DNA of 64,000 bases from Mobula hypostoma (lineage: Eukaryota): assembly GCF_963921235.1 (NCBI RefSeq), contig NC_086106.1:27032001-27096000 (forward strand), written 5' to 3'. Positions 49,735 through 62,187 of the stretch are shown piece after piece. Both the position numbers and the translations under genes were made by a program. Each line of letters opens with the position of its first letter. Position 1 is the stretch's first letter. The notes under the pieces are model-generated. The model was not told the origin of the DNA. It saw nothing but the letters and a program-made list of their open reading frames with translations, and searched no databases.

Positions 49735-51360
49735 ACTCAAAGCTGAAGGCAGTGAATTTTCCAACATCGCTGCCTCTCTCCCAGACGAGCTAAATCTTTA
49801 TCTGCTCGATTCCCTGTCGCCAATACTGAGCCCCTGAGGAGACCTGCAGATGACGTCACCGGCAGCCTGGTCATTTCTGAGCTGAAATACGCCGGTGTTT
49901 CCCACGAGTGGACATTCGCCAGACTCTGTGACCGGACGGCATCCCAGGGCGGGTACTCGGGGTCTGCGCGGCACAACTGGCAGATGTGTTTACAGACATT
50001 TTTAATCTCTCCGTCTCCCAATGTAGATGTCCTCCTGCTTCAAAACTTCGGTCATTGTTCCTGTACATAAAAAGACCAAGGTAACATGTTCGAACGACTG
50101 GCGTACTGTTGGTCTCACCTCAGTAACAAGCAAATGCTTTGAGTGGTTGGTCAGGGACTACATCTGCGGCATGCTGCAACCCACACTGGACCCCCTACAG
50201 GTCACCTATCGACATAACCGTCCAATAGATGACGCAATAGCCACAGCTCCATACCCGTCCTTACACATCTAGAGAAGCGGGGCGCTTCTGTGTCAATGCT
50301 CTTCTTGGACTGCAGTTCAGCCTTCAAAACTATAATTCCCCCCAGGCTAGACAAGAATTTCAGAGATCTTGCCCTTCACCCTGCCTTGTGTATCTGGATC
50401 CTGGATCTTCCGTCAGATCGCCGCAGGTGGGAAGAAATGGCTCCCTCACCACTGTTCCTCTGACCCTGAACGCAGGTGCCCCAGGTCAGTGTACGAAGCC
50501 TCCTCCTTTACCCTTTGATTACCAATTACTGTGTCCCTACCCAGATCTCCAATGTGCTAATTCAATTTGCTGAGGACACTACATAATGGACCTCATCTCA
50601 TACAATAATGAGGGACCCTAAAGAGAAGAATTCACCACCCTGACACAGTGACATCAAGAAAACAACTTCTCTCCCAATGTCGCAGAACAAAATAAAAGGA
50701 TCTGGTTGTGGACTAAAGGCAGAATGGAGTCGGGCTAACCACAATTAACATCACTGGAATTTAAACCTCAAGTTCTTCGGCATACACATCACTGAGGATC
50801 TGACCTGTTCGGTACATACCGGTTGTGTGTTGAATAAGGCAAAATAGCACCTCTTTCACCTCAGACCGTTGAAGAAGTTTGGTATTTAAATCCAGATCCC
50901 TGGAGCGCTCTACTGGAGCACCACTGAGAGCATCCCGACTGACTTCATCACTGCCTGGTGTTGGAACTGTACTTCCCTCAATCGCTGAACTCTGCAGAAA
51001 GTGGTGCGAACCACGCATCTGTAGATGCGACCTGCACAATATTCAGGACATATACAAAGAGAGGTGTGTAAAACGGGCCCGAAGGATCATTAAAGACCCG
51101 AGACACCCCAAGCACCCAATGGTTCAGCTGCTTCCATCCGGGATACGGGACTGCAGCATGATATCCTGGACCAACAGGCTCCGGAACAGCTTCCTCCACC
51201 AAGAGTTCAGACGGATTAAATCATACCGATACAATTGTATTTCTGAGTTTTATTGGCTGTCCTTTTGTAAATCGTATTTATTCTAAATTATTATAAGTTA
51301 CACATTGCATATTTAAACGGAAATGTAACGTGCAGATATGTACTCCTCATATAAATGAAG
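49735..51360 (+). mobile_element. Decayed Rex-Babar-like LINE; paralog of 6400-8045
   Basis: Co-linear RT fragments. Confidence 0.75.
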
Positions 51361-53748
51361 AATGTAGGTGATAAAGTCAATTCTATTCGATTCAATTCAT
51401 ATTTCTTCTCCCTCAGAGAAACAAACTCGATGCCGGAGTGTACACCGCTGTGATGTTTCTCTGCTACCTCATGCCCCCAAAATTATCCAAATTAGTATAT
51501 CTGTTGTTGAGGGAGATTTCCACAGGGCACTCAGCCCTGGCTGATTAAGTCCTTTATCTTTCTTGTCACCCACTTTCCTGCCTCCGGTAACTCTGGTGCA
51601 GCCACCATCTTTATGCCCAAACTATCACGCCCTCAGCCTTTCGAATAATCCAGCGTTCATCCAGTGCTAGCTTCCGCTCCATAAAACGGTGTGTAAGAAT
51701 CTGAAATTGCATGAATTTCTTCCATGGGTAGTCGTCAGTGATACTGGAAAACTCCGAGTCTTCCAATTTCCTGCAAGGAGTGCATGCAAATATTAAGGTC
51801 CCGATAATGATTCCGGCCAGACACGCTGAATGCTTACTCCTTCCCATACATGCCGCGTTGCCTGCTGAGATAGTACTCCGTTTTTTTTGTGTGTGTATTG
51901 CGTTCAAGTATTCTGCCTGGCACACTTACAGTTCATGCTGAGAAAATATAAAGAATGAAAAAAACGAACGATAAATAAACTATGGGAAAATAAATTTGCC
52001 TGCTACATTTCGCATTCTCTCACTCACGCCTAATCTCGCTGTAACATCGAAGAAGCAATTCCTGAAGTTAACTTTGTAGCACTGTCGACTCCACCGACGG
52101 CCCACCGTTTTCCCCTACCTCTTTTTCCAATTTGTTCTTGTCTATCAATCCATATCACTTTTCAAAACACGAAAATGCGGCGAATTGGTGGATTATGCAT
52201 TCGAATCGGAGAACGTGAGAAAGCTCCGTCGTGTCATCTTTGCGATCTCCGATGGGCAGCGATTTTAAATACCAAACAGCCGCGAGTACATGTCTTATTT
52301 TCTCAATCGGCGACCTTTCAGAGCTACGTCTTCTGACGCTTTGTATCTCCGATAAGATCTGGTTGAAATCGTGGCAGGAGAAGATGGCAGCGCGCCTGCG
52401 TGTGCTCAGCCCTCCGGTGAAAAATGATATCGTATCTTTTAAATAGGGGCCGTGGACAATTACGATTTGATGGAGAATGGAAGTGACAGCACAGCGGAAC
52501 ATCTGGAGAAATTTCTCAAACGCCCGTCTGCTGCTATCGTTACTGCGTGGTCTGGAATCATTCGGACAGTAGGCCTAAAAATTCCCAGCCTTGCCTGCTT
52601 TTGGCGAGCGAGAAGGAGGTGGAATCGTTCGGGCAGAAATTGCGCTCAGTACTCGGTGTCGGAGAGCTGATCAGAGCTCGACGTTTTCGTTTTTCCTTCA
52701 GGTAGAACAGAGAAAATAGTGCAGTACGGCATAACATTGAGCCTTCCGAATACGGTGTGGTGCAGACCGATGTAAATCACTTCATGACTCTTCTAACGTT
52801 TCGCCACACCCTGCACTTAACTTTGTCCTCCATTTATCCTATATCGGTATGGCAGCAATTCTCTCCAATATCAGTTTATCAGCCTCTACCGGCAGCCGTT
52901 GCTGCAGAGTCTAGAATTTTACAGGAGGGTTGCATTGGAATTCCTTTACTATAATAATAATAATAACAGCAACAGCGTAACAATAATAATAATACGATAC
53001 AACCACTGACATCTCACTAAAACTGTCTTCCACTCAACTTACTGCAAAGCTGCTGTCTCTTGCGCTGTCTTTTGCCGCAATGGATTTCAACTTTATTTTA
53101 TCTAAAATAGACTTCCAGATTTTCCAAACCACTGGACACAAACGAAAAGGTTGACATCAAATGTGAATAGAAGGGAAAGTAGGGTTGCCTGTTTCACGCC
53201 TTTGTTCAAGCACACACAAACTGAAACTGTTTGGTGGCAGATTTCCTCTCATACAAACCTGTGGAAGAAAAGTAGCCATCAGGGATTGGTGCATCCAAAG
53301 TCTGAATGTGCCATCACACTCTTCCTAGGCTGAGGAGGAGTTTGTCAGCTCGTCCCGCGTACCTGCCATCAAGAACAGAGCACAGACTGATTTCCGTCAC
53401 AAAACATAATAACTGAAGCATGCTTAACACTCGGGGCACACGTCAGAACATCAATAAAGAACAAACAACCATATATTTTTTGGAGAAAAAGAAGAGTCCG
53501 GTTCAAGGCGAATGAGTCAGACTCATCCATTGATAGGCCATCTCCGTCACGCATGTTCAAAGATAGGAAGTCATGGGTGGGGCTTCCTCACTCAGTTCAA
53601 AGACACGACACAGAATCGAAACCAACAACTGTTCCTCAGCAAACCTGTTGATAAAAGTTCACTGTCCTACTCTGAAGTACATTCTACCATAACTCTGCAG
53701 ACCGTGAGCTCCATCTCCTCGTCACTTCAGCAATATTCCTTGTTGACG

Positions 53749-53791
53749 ATGGGAGTCTTCTTTGTTTTCACACTCTGGCTCTGCTTACGGC
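53749..53791 (+). CDS. Cassette 3 leader exon (MGVFFVFTLWLCLR)
   Basis: Identical to leader 1; GTGAGT donor. Confidence 0.9.
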
Positions 53792-53927
53792 GTGAGTACC
53801 TTTCACACATCCACATTATATTTACTTTAAATCTGTTTGAGCCCTCTGAGATGCAACTGGCTGAGATTATTCGTGTGGTTCGTCTATGACTACAACTCAC
53901 TTTTCTCCGTTTGCTTTTTATTCCTAG

Positions 53928-54221
53928 GTTCAATGAGTCAGTCAGTGACTCAGAGCCCGTCCATTGTAAACTTGAATGAGTGTCAGACTGCCACTATCAC
54001 CTGCAGTTTCAAGCCTGGTTCTTCTGATGGTTATCGCTTTCAGACAGGAAAATTCTTCAGGCAGACCAACTCAGCGGCCGAACGGAAAGAAGTCATCCGC
54101 GGGGGTAGATTTGTTACTTCGATTAAGAAAACTGATATGCAGTTTTCTTTGGCAATTCGGGACCTGCGATTGGAAGACAGCGGCACCTATTACTGTCAAG
54201 CTGTGTACAGATGGAATGCAA
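53928..54221 (+). CDS. Cassette 3 IgNAR-like V segment (NAR-TCR V)
   Basis: 294-nt open exon; CDR1 FKPGSSDGYRF; ends YYCQAVYRWNAT. Confidence 0.9.
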
Positions 54222-54259
54222 CACAATGATGGGATTAGGCTTCACGCTGTACAAAAACT
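54222..54259 (+). other. RSS of V3: CACAATG-22-ACAAAAACT
   Basis: Read directly from the sequence. Confidence 0.92.
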
Positions 54260-54585
54260 TTCCCTGTAGCTTATTCCTGATTCAGACGGAGCAGAATGGA
54301 TCTGCGGGTTTAGTTCATAATCCTGTCTCGCTGTGGATCCGTCCTGCAGTCTAGCTAACTGCCATTTTTTTTTTATTATCATGTACAGTCTTTATGTTTC
54401 CACCTCGCGTGTGCGCAGATGTTGTTGCCTACCCCAGAGGTATGTGTCAATAAATGTCGACAGAGAATTAAGAAATACACATTATGTGGCCAAGTACGGA
54501 CGGAATTGTTCATGAACACTTAGAAACGGAAAATACCAGCGCTGTGAATTTAATTCCTGCTCGACTCTTTCATGGATTCGCCAGC

Positions 54586-54657
54586 AGATTTGATATTGAT
54601 GTAAGGTACTGTGTACGGTTTGGGGCAAACACAGTGGAAGAGATCTCAACAAAAATA
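54586..54657 (+). other. Cassette 3 D segment (54614-54629, TACGGTTTGGGGCAAA) with 12/12 RSSs
   Basis: AGATTTGAT-12-TACTGTG ... CACAGTG-12-ACAAAAATA. Confidence 0.85.
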
Positions 54658-55006
54658 GAAAATAGTAAATATATAAATAAATTATATTTAAACGATATAT
54701 TCTCCATATCCCATACCAAAAATACAAACCTGGCGATGTTCACGTTCTAATCTGTTCAGATTATTTTTAATTTCCATATTGCATATGTATTTTTGATTGA
54801 CACATATGCTCTGTTTTTTTTTCTTCTTCTCGGAATCTGTCTGCGGTGCGTGTTCCTGTTTTATTTTACTTTGGTCTTGCTTTCTCACAAAGAACATATC
54901 CGCTTGCCACCACATGGGGAATATTGCATGCTATTTGTTGCATTAACAACCCTGGGGACATTGGGAAGCCTATCGTAGCGTTTCCTAAGCAGATTCACGT
55001 GAGTGT

Positions 55007-55103
55007 AGTTGTTGTATGGTGGAGACTGAGAACAGGATCATTGTGTATGTATGGACGACTCATACTCTAGATGGAACAGGGACAAAGGTCACGGTTAGGT
55101 CCG
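55007..55103 (+). CDS. Cassette 3 J segment (55046-55103, YVWTTHTLDGTGTKVTVRS) with 5' 23-RSS
   Basis: AGTTGTTGT-23-CATTGTG; GTAAG donor. Confidence 0.92.
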
Positions 55104-56476
55104 GTAAGTATCCACAAACATCGACGATTCGTCAAATATCTCACCCATCTAAGTATCGCTTGATAGATGATCGATTGATTTAAAATCATTAAATGTTAAA
55201 TGGGTTTGATGTCAAATCTCCTTTCTGTAAAGCGTGTCAGGGGAGGACGTAAGCACAGGGTGTCTTTTCTGGAAGAGCCGTTGTTGTAAAAATATTCAAC
55301 ACATCAGGACGTCTCGCATTCGTGCTGCTGGTGAACAATACATGTTGATAGTGCCAATAACGCCCCAACAGCAAAAATGAATAAATACAGAATGGAAAAT
55401 CAGGTGCACCGGCCCGAAAGGAAACAGACTGAGAGGAGGCAGGTTCATTCGCAGAATGTGAGGGATGCATTTATTTTCCACTGCAGTAGGTTTCAGAAAG
55501 ATGTACCGATGCACAGCTCTTCACTGTTGAAAGAGAGTGACTGGATTTTATGGTTTGTCTTGTGTGGTGTGATTCTGTAGACTGAATCTACACTCACTGT
55601 ATAGAAAGGCAATGTGGTAAACTGAATTAACAGAGTCAGTTGGAGAGGGAAATTTCTGCGATGGGCAAGGAAGAAATGCTGGTGTAATCTTCGCAGAAGG
55701 AATCCATCAGACTGCTGTCAGACTGTGGGAAATATTGTTAGAACTTAAGGCATAAACCGCAGGCAGAATATATATTTATGAATGAGTCACAGAGATGCAA
55801 GAAATAATCAAACTTGTTTTCTACAAATTATTCTCAAATAGTACCATGAATTGCATACCCCATTGATCAAAAATTAACAAAAGGGAAGGGATTAAAACAT
55901 TTATATCAGCTCCTAGAATCCAGTCGAAAATAAACCTTCGCCTTCAGCAGCTTAGAAAATTATCTGACCAGTCTGTACCGTTCAGTCTCATACTGTGATG
56001 AACATGTTACAATGCAAGAGTCTGTAACTTACGGGGGGAAATTTATATTAAAAAGATCTGGATGCAGCATCTATCAATTCGGGAAAGAAAAAAAAAACTC
56101 TCACCTATTATTATTCCGAATTAAACTGACGTTTAAAATAAATACCACAGAACTGAGAAAAAGGAATTCGGCACATTATATGGCTGTAGGCTCTCTGCAG
56201 TTGTTCCAAGAAATTAATCTTCTTTCCACAAAGATGTCCAAAATATGAAAGAAGTTTTAAAAATCGCAAGATATCCGCAATTAACCATTGAGTCTCTGAT
56301 TTTATTTCACTGCAGCAATTCCTTATAATAATTGTCAATGACAATAAATATTGTTTACTCAAATTTGAAATGAAATAAGTTTGAGTGCAAGAAAATTCTC
56401 CATTTCATATTTGGGATGCTTCTTTTCCTGACAGTTATCGCTAAATCATCAATAATATTCCTCTACATTCATACAG

Positions 56477-56770
56477 AATCCACTTTTCAGAGTCCTGAAC
56501 TACAAACTACACTTGCCGACACCGTAATTTTAACCTGTGGGTATGACGCGTATTGTCGCAACACAATACACTGGTATCGCCAGCTTCCAGGACAGGCACC
56601 CATATTCCTGCTCCAGGGACAAACTTTCGGAGTAGAAGATAAGAAAAAAAATGCTGGAGAACGAATTACTGGTTTTGTAGATCCTGGTAAGAAAATCAGC
56701 CAGCTGACGATCTCCAAAGTGCAACTGGGTGACGCTGCTGTGTATTACTGTGCAATGAGTCGGTTTGCAG
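56477..56770 (+). CDS. TRDV: Cassette 3 leaderless supporting TCR-delta-type V segment
   Basis: 294-nt open exon; CGYDAYCRNTIHWYRQ...YYCAMSRFAA. Confidence 0.88.
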
Positions 56771-56809
56771 CACTGTGATGCCGCGCATGGACAGCGCTGT
56801 TCAAGAACT
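56771..56809 (+). other. Proximal 23-RSS of supporting V3
   Basis: CACTGTG-23-TCAAGAACT. Confidence 0.85.
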
Positions 56810-56831
56810 AGGGTGATTCTCGTTACAAGCA

Positions 56832-56870
56832 CACATTGCTAGGAAGCAGCGAGGGAACAATACAAAAACT
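56832..56870 (+). other. Distal orphan 23-RSS, cassette 3 (heptamer variant)
   Basis: CACATTG-23-ACAAAAACT. Confidence 0.72.
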
Positions 56871-59253
56871 CATTTGGTTTTATCATATAAATTCACCACA
56901 GCCGAGCACGGAGACAACGGCAAGAAACTACAGTGTGGTGGGATTTTTAGTAGAACGATGATAGAGAAAGTAAAAGCACTACAATCAACACCCAAAATAT
57001 GCTGGGCGAAATCATTATGTCATGACGGAAGTATTTTGGTTCGAAAAATCATTTCCATGAAAGCTGCCGGCTCTACCGATTCCTCTCATTTCTACTGATG
57101 GAAGACACACAACTCTCAAGAATATATTCCCGAAGTAAAAAGGCATCATTGCCTTCAGGGAATTCGCATTTTAGATCAGAAGTGCCTCAGACATAGCAAC
57201 AGAATTGGGCCAATCAGCCTATCGAGGGTGCCCCGCCATTCCATCATTATTATTTCCGGATCCCAATACATTCACCAGTATATCCATGTGGAACATGCAA
57301 TCTACCAGACATTTTAAATGAAGGATCGTCGCAAATCCGTTTGCGCCGTGTAAACAGCGGCAGAAAAGTAACGGACATTGAAATGTTACAAATTCCAAAC
57401 AATAAATGCATATTCTATTGTTTTGGAAATGTACAGCATCACGAACTACATATCTCATTACGATTCTAGAAACATAGGAACTTAGAAAACCTGCAGCACA
57501 ATACAGGCCCTTAGGCCCACAAAGTTGTGCCGAACATGTCATTACCTTAGAAATTCGGAGGGTTACCCATTGCCTCTATTATTCTAAGTTCTATGTACCT
57601 ATCCAAAAGTCTCTTAAAAATCCTGTCGCATCCGCCTCCACCAGCGTTGCCAGCAGCCCATTCCACGTACACACCACTCTGTGTAAAAAACTTACCCCTG
57701 ACATCCCCTATGCACCTACTCCCAAGCACCTTAAACCTGTGCCCTCCTGTGGCAGCCATTTCACCTCTGGGAAAAAGCCTCTGACTATCCACACGATCAA
57801 TGCCTCTCATCATCTTACACTCCTCTATCAGGTCACCTCTCATCCTCCGTCGCTCCAAGGAGAAAACGTTGAGTTCGGTTAACCTGTTTTCATGAGCCAC
57901 ATCCACACCCGTGCCTTTATCACAAAGCAACTTTAGGGAGCCTGGGTGTGAATTTATAGCATGTAAAATGCTTTCACCTGAGAGTATTAACTTGCAGGTG
58001 ATGCTCACTGAGGTGTCTTCTGTTGCGTTCAGTTTCTTCCGATAGCATGAATCTCATTAAAATGAAACTGCACGCTTTTGGCAATTACATGCTAATCCAA
58101 TTGAAATGATTGCTATGATTGGAGGTAATCGAGATAACTGGGAGAGGCGCTGCAAAAGAAACATTCGATCGTTAGTTACTGCAAGGCAACGTCGTGTTTC
58201 CTCCCACTCATTAGAGATAGCCTACGTTTTGTCATTCCTGAACTTTCCTTTAGTTTAGTCTGAACAGAAACTTATTCGTACTGGAATCCGCTAGCAGTGC
58301 ACTAAAAATGCATTCACTTGAACTGGAATTCCTGGCTCTGTACATTAGAAAACAAAATAAATCATTTACCTCTATTATTTATATGTTTTACTTCATTGCT
58401 GCTGCCGTGCCTTTCAAAATAACTACAATTATATTAACTATTTATATTAATATAAAAATATAATACTGTTTGTTTAAATTTTGGGCGACATAGTAGCGTC
58501 GCGATTACTTCGAGTCTATTACAGTTCTGGGAGTAATAGTTCGGAGTTCAATCCTGGTTTATCTGTAACTAGTTTTTGTGTCCTCACCATGGAATGCCAG
58601 GGTTTTCACCGGCTGTTCTCGGATCCACCAACAGTTCAGAGACGAATTCCGTGGAATGATTAGTCATTGTAAGCTGTCCGATGATTAGGTTCCAGAAAAA
58701 TCAGGGTTGCCAATGGTTTCTGGGGCGGTGCATGTCTCAGGGCTGGAATGCCTTATTCTGCGCTGCATCGTGAAATTAACAACTAAGTACATCTTGCAAG
58801 GAATTTAAACAACATTTACTGATGAAACCATACGATACGTAAACAAGTGCATAATCGATCGCCAACCAGACAGCAATGCTTAATATTATTTATTTTCTCT
58901 AGAAACACTGAAAGCCCATTTTGATTCTATCGCTTCTATACTGGGAATTTAATTTTAAACTCAATGGACAATTAGACCTGTCACAAGTATCGTGGCATGA
59001 AAATCTTCCCTACCAAATGCAATAAGTATATACAACATTTGATCTCTCTGCGCCCGAAGAACACACTCCATAACACAACAGTCCATGTTTTATTATTTCG
59101 TACATTATCGGTGCACGTTTTTGCGCATTGGTAAATTATTATTGTGTATATTATTATTCTCTACTGTATTCTTAGCTAGTTCTGAATACTGCTAAGTGTA
59201 TTTTTAAGTGTTGCTGCTGTAACGAAAGAAATTCCCACTCAAGAACATTAATG

Positions 59254-59290
59254 TTCTTCTTCTTCTTCTTCTTCTTCTTCTTCTTCTTCT
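59254..59290. repeat. (TCT)n microsatellite, expanded relative to the paralog at ~39270
   Basis: Direct trinucleotide repeats. Confidence 0.9.
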
Positions 59291-60242
59291 AAATATTATT
59301 ATTACGATTACTACTACTACTACTGCTGCTGCTACTGCTACTATTAGTACTGCTACTTCTACGACTAGTACTAATACTACTCCTGTTATATCGGTTCCGT
59401 TACGGCGATATTCAAAAGCAATAAAAAGCAGTGTCAGTCATGATTTACATCAGCGATTAGTTTGCCTGGATTGTGGACTTCCGTCCACAAGTCAAACTCT
59501 TCTCACAAAAGGACACATCCCGAAGTCCTGATCTGCTTGAAGTTCTCGCAATGAAGATGCATGTCCTGAATTCAGATGGTTGTTCTCAATATATCCGTTG
59601 TCATGCCGAATGCACTGCATCATGTATATAAGAACTGAGTCGGAGTTCGTCAAGTTTCCAAATGAACCGATGCGTGATTGGCGGAAACTCTACCCGATAA
59701 TGGAAAAGATACGTTTTCACGCAGAGAGTCTGACAACATCACAGAATGGATAACGCATGAAGTTAGGGATATAATCAAAGAAAAAGAAAATTTATCCAGG
59801 ATTAATTGTGGTTATATGATACTTGGTACTGGGCTTATCAGTAATTTCCACCAAGTGTAGCAGTGCCTAAGAGGCTGAATATCTTCATCCACTTCCGAGT
59901 ATACCCAGTCCTGTATTCGCATGACGACTGCAGTCAAGCGATTGAAGCACATTATCCCGTCACGATATGACTGATCGAGGTGTAATATTGCCTAACATTA
60001 TATACTATAGTTTATCGAATTCTCAAATGATAAAGATGCTTTTGGCAGAGTGGTGAAAAATATGCCTGTAACACGTTTAGGTCAGAGACTAAATGAGCAA
60101 GTGGTTCGGTGACCCCAGTCTTGGATTTGGGACGTATGTTCACTTCCTTGCTCCAGCCGTCTCCATGCCTAGAGATCGTTGTGAATTCTCTGGTTTTCCT
60201 ACGGAAGTTTGTGCTTGATATTCAACATTTCAGTGATATGTT

Positions 60243-60780
60243 TTTTTCCGCACCAGCAGCAACAGATATGAAATTGAGTCGGGTTTTTATGAATAAACAA
60301 CGAAATTTATTAACCTCTACTCAAAAACGTAGGAAAAAAACAAATTACCAACTGAAACGGAAGTTAACAGTGTTATGCGTCTATAATTATCAAGCAGTCG
60401 AACCTAGTGACAATTCCTAACAAATCTTACTCAAACACGGTCTTAAGGTTGTAGTTCAAAGAGTCCAAGTGATTTATGAAATACGTGAGAGGAGAGACTT
60501 CCTGAACCACCGATGAAGAGAAGACGAATCTGAGGAGGCAAATCCCAGCCGAGAAATGCCTTGTAAAAAGAGATCACGAAGAATCAGATTTCTCACAGTA
60601 ACTGACCTTTCGCCAGAGCTGGTCACCACACAATAGCCGAGACTATTCAGGGGTTCACCAAAACTGTATGCCACAATACACGTATGGACCATAGCAATTG
60701 TAAATGAGAGAACGCCGCTGATTTCTACCCAACACTTTGGGTTCGTCCCAGACTGGTCTCTCAACCTCGCCCCCCCCCCC

Positions 60781-60837
<57 letters not shown>

Positions 60838-62185
60838 TTGATTGTGTAAACACCCGCTGTGACTCACCCAACAAAACAACTAACCAGGAAACTGTGTCCT
60901 CATCCTTTATACCGGTTGGAACATGCCATCGCGTAACATCACATCACCCACTATCACGACAATTACATCATGGAAATATTACGAGACAATAATACATCAT
61001 GCTCACGAGATACTCACGGGACCAGTAACACCTGCCCTCAAGAAAAGAAAATATTGAACCATCAAAAGCAAAAATTTAACTACAATTTACAAAAATATAC
61101 AGATGCATAAAGTTAACAAAATGCACGATGCACACACAGTTATCATACAGTACCAATATAACATGGCAGGAGTGTACAGAAATATCAAAATTCCACTCCA
61201 TTTAAAAATTACATTTCAAGTTCCACATCGGGACAGATAGTCGGGAATTACATTATCTTTGCCTTTAATGTGATTTATTGAGAGATCATATTCTTCTGAA
61301 AATTAACTACAATTTAGTAACCTTCTATTTTAGTTTTCCAGTTTCCTCCAAAATACCAATGAGTTATGATCGGTGTAAACCCGGAGTGGTTTCTGAGTTG
61401 CGCCAACTTGCACATCAAAATTTTTCAGAGCTAGAATAAGGGATAATAATTCCTCTTCTATCGCTGAATAATTTCTTTGATGCCCATTAAATTTTTTGGA
61501 AAAGTAAGCCACGGGATGGTCAACATCATCATAATTATCCCTTTGTAGTAATACTCCTCCTGCAGCCTCGTCACTGGCATCCACAGCTAGGGAAAATGGC
61601 TTTTCAAAGTCAAGTGACCTGAGCACAGGGTGGTGACATAGGATAGCTTTCAACTTATCAAAGGCCTCCTGAGAAGGCTTTTTCCAAACACACTTCTCAA
61701 CTTTCTTTAGGAGGTTAGTTAATGGAAGGGCAATCTCGGCAAATTTCTTATAGAACTTACGGTAATATCCTACCATTCCCAAGGATCTTTTGAGAGTTTT
61801 CTACTAGTTGAAGATTGAACCTTCAAAATTGCCTGAATTTTTGAACAGGAGGGAACCTGAGTTGACCCACCACGTAACAAACGTAGGTTACAGTAGCATG
61901 GCCAAATTCACTTTTAGCTAAGTTAATAGTTAGGTTGGCTTGTGAAAGCCTTTCAAACAGATTTCCCACTGCAGATGTATGTGCTTCCAAAGTGTTATTA
62001 CCTGTGAATAAATCATCAATACAGGCATCTGTATGTTTTAACCCTTGAATTACACAATTAATCATTCTCTGTAAGGTTCCAGGAGAATTCTTCATTCCAA
62101 GTGGCAGCACGTTGTATTCATATAACCCAGCATGCATTACAAATGCAGAACTATCTCTACCTTTATCTGTCCAGGGAACACACCA
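60243..62185 (-). mobile_element. Duplicated copy of the decayed Gmr1-like element (3' LTR, RNase H, part of RT), cut off by a CR1
   Basis: Co-linear with 40185-42030; ORFs 61330-61782 and 61823-62137; contains a (CT)n tract at ~60785-60836. Confidence 0.85.
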
Positions 62186-62187
62186 AT

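Larger units (their letters stand above)
49290..62185 (+). repeat. Segmental duplication unit 3 (contains cassette 3)
   Basis: Co-linear with 5860-14050 and with 31215-32700 and 39000-42030. Confidence 0.8.
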
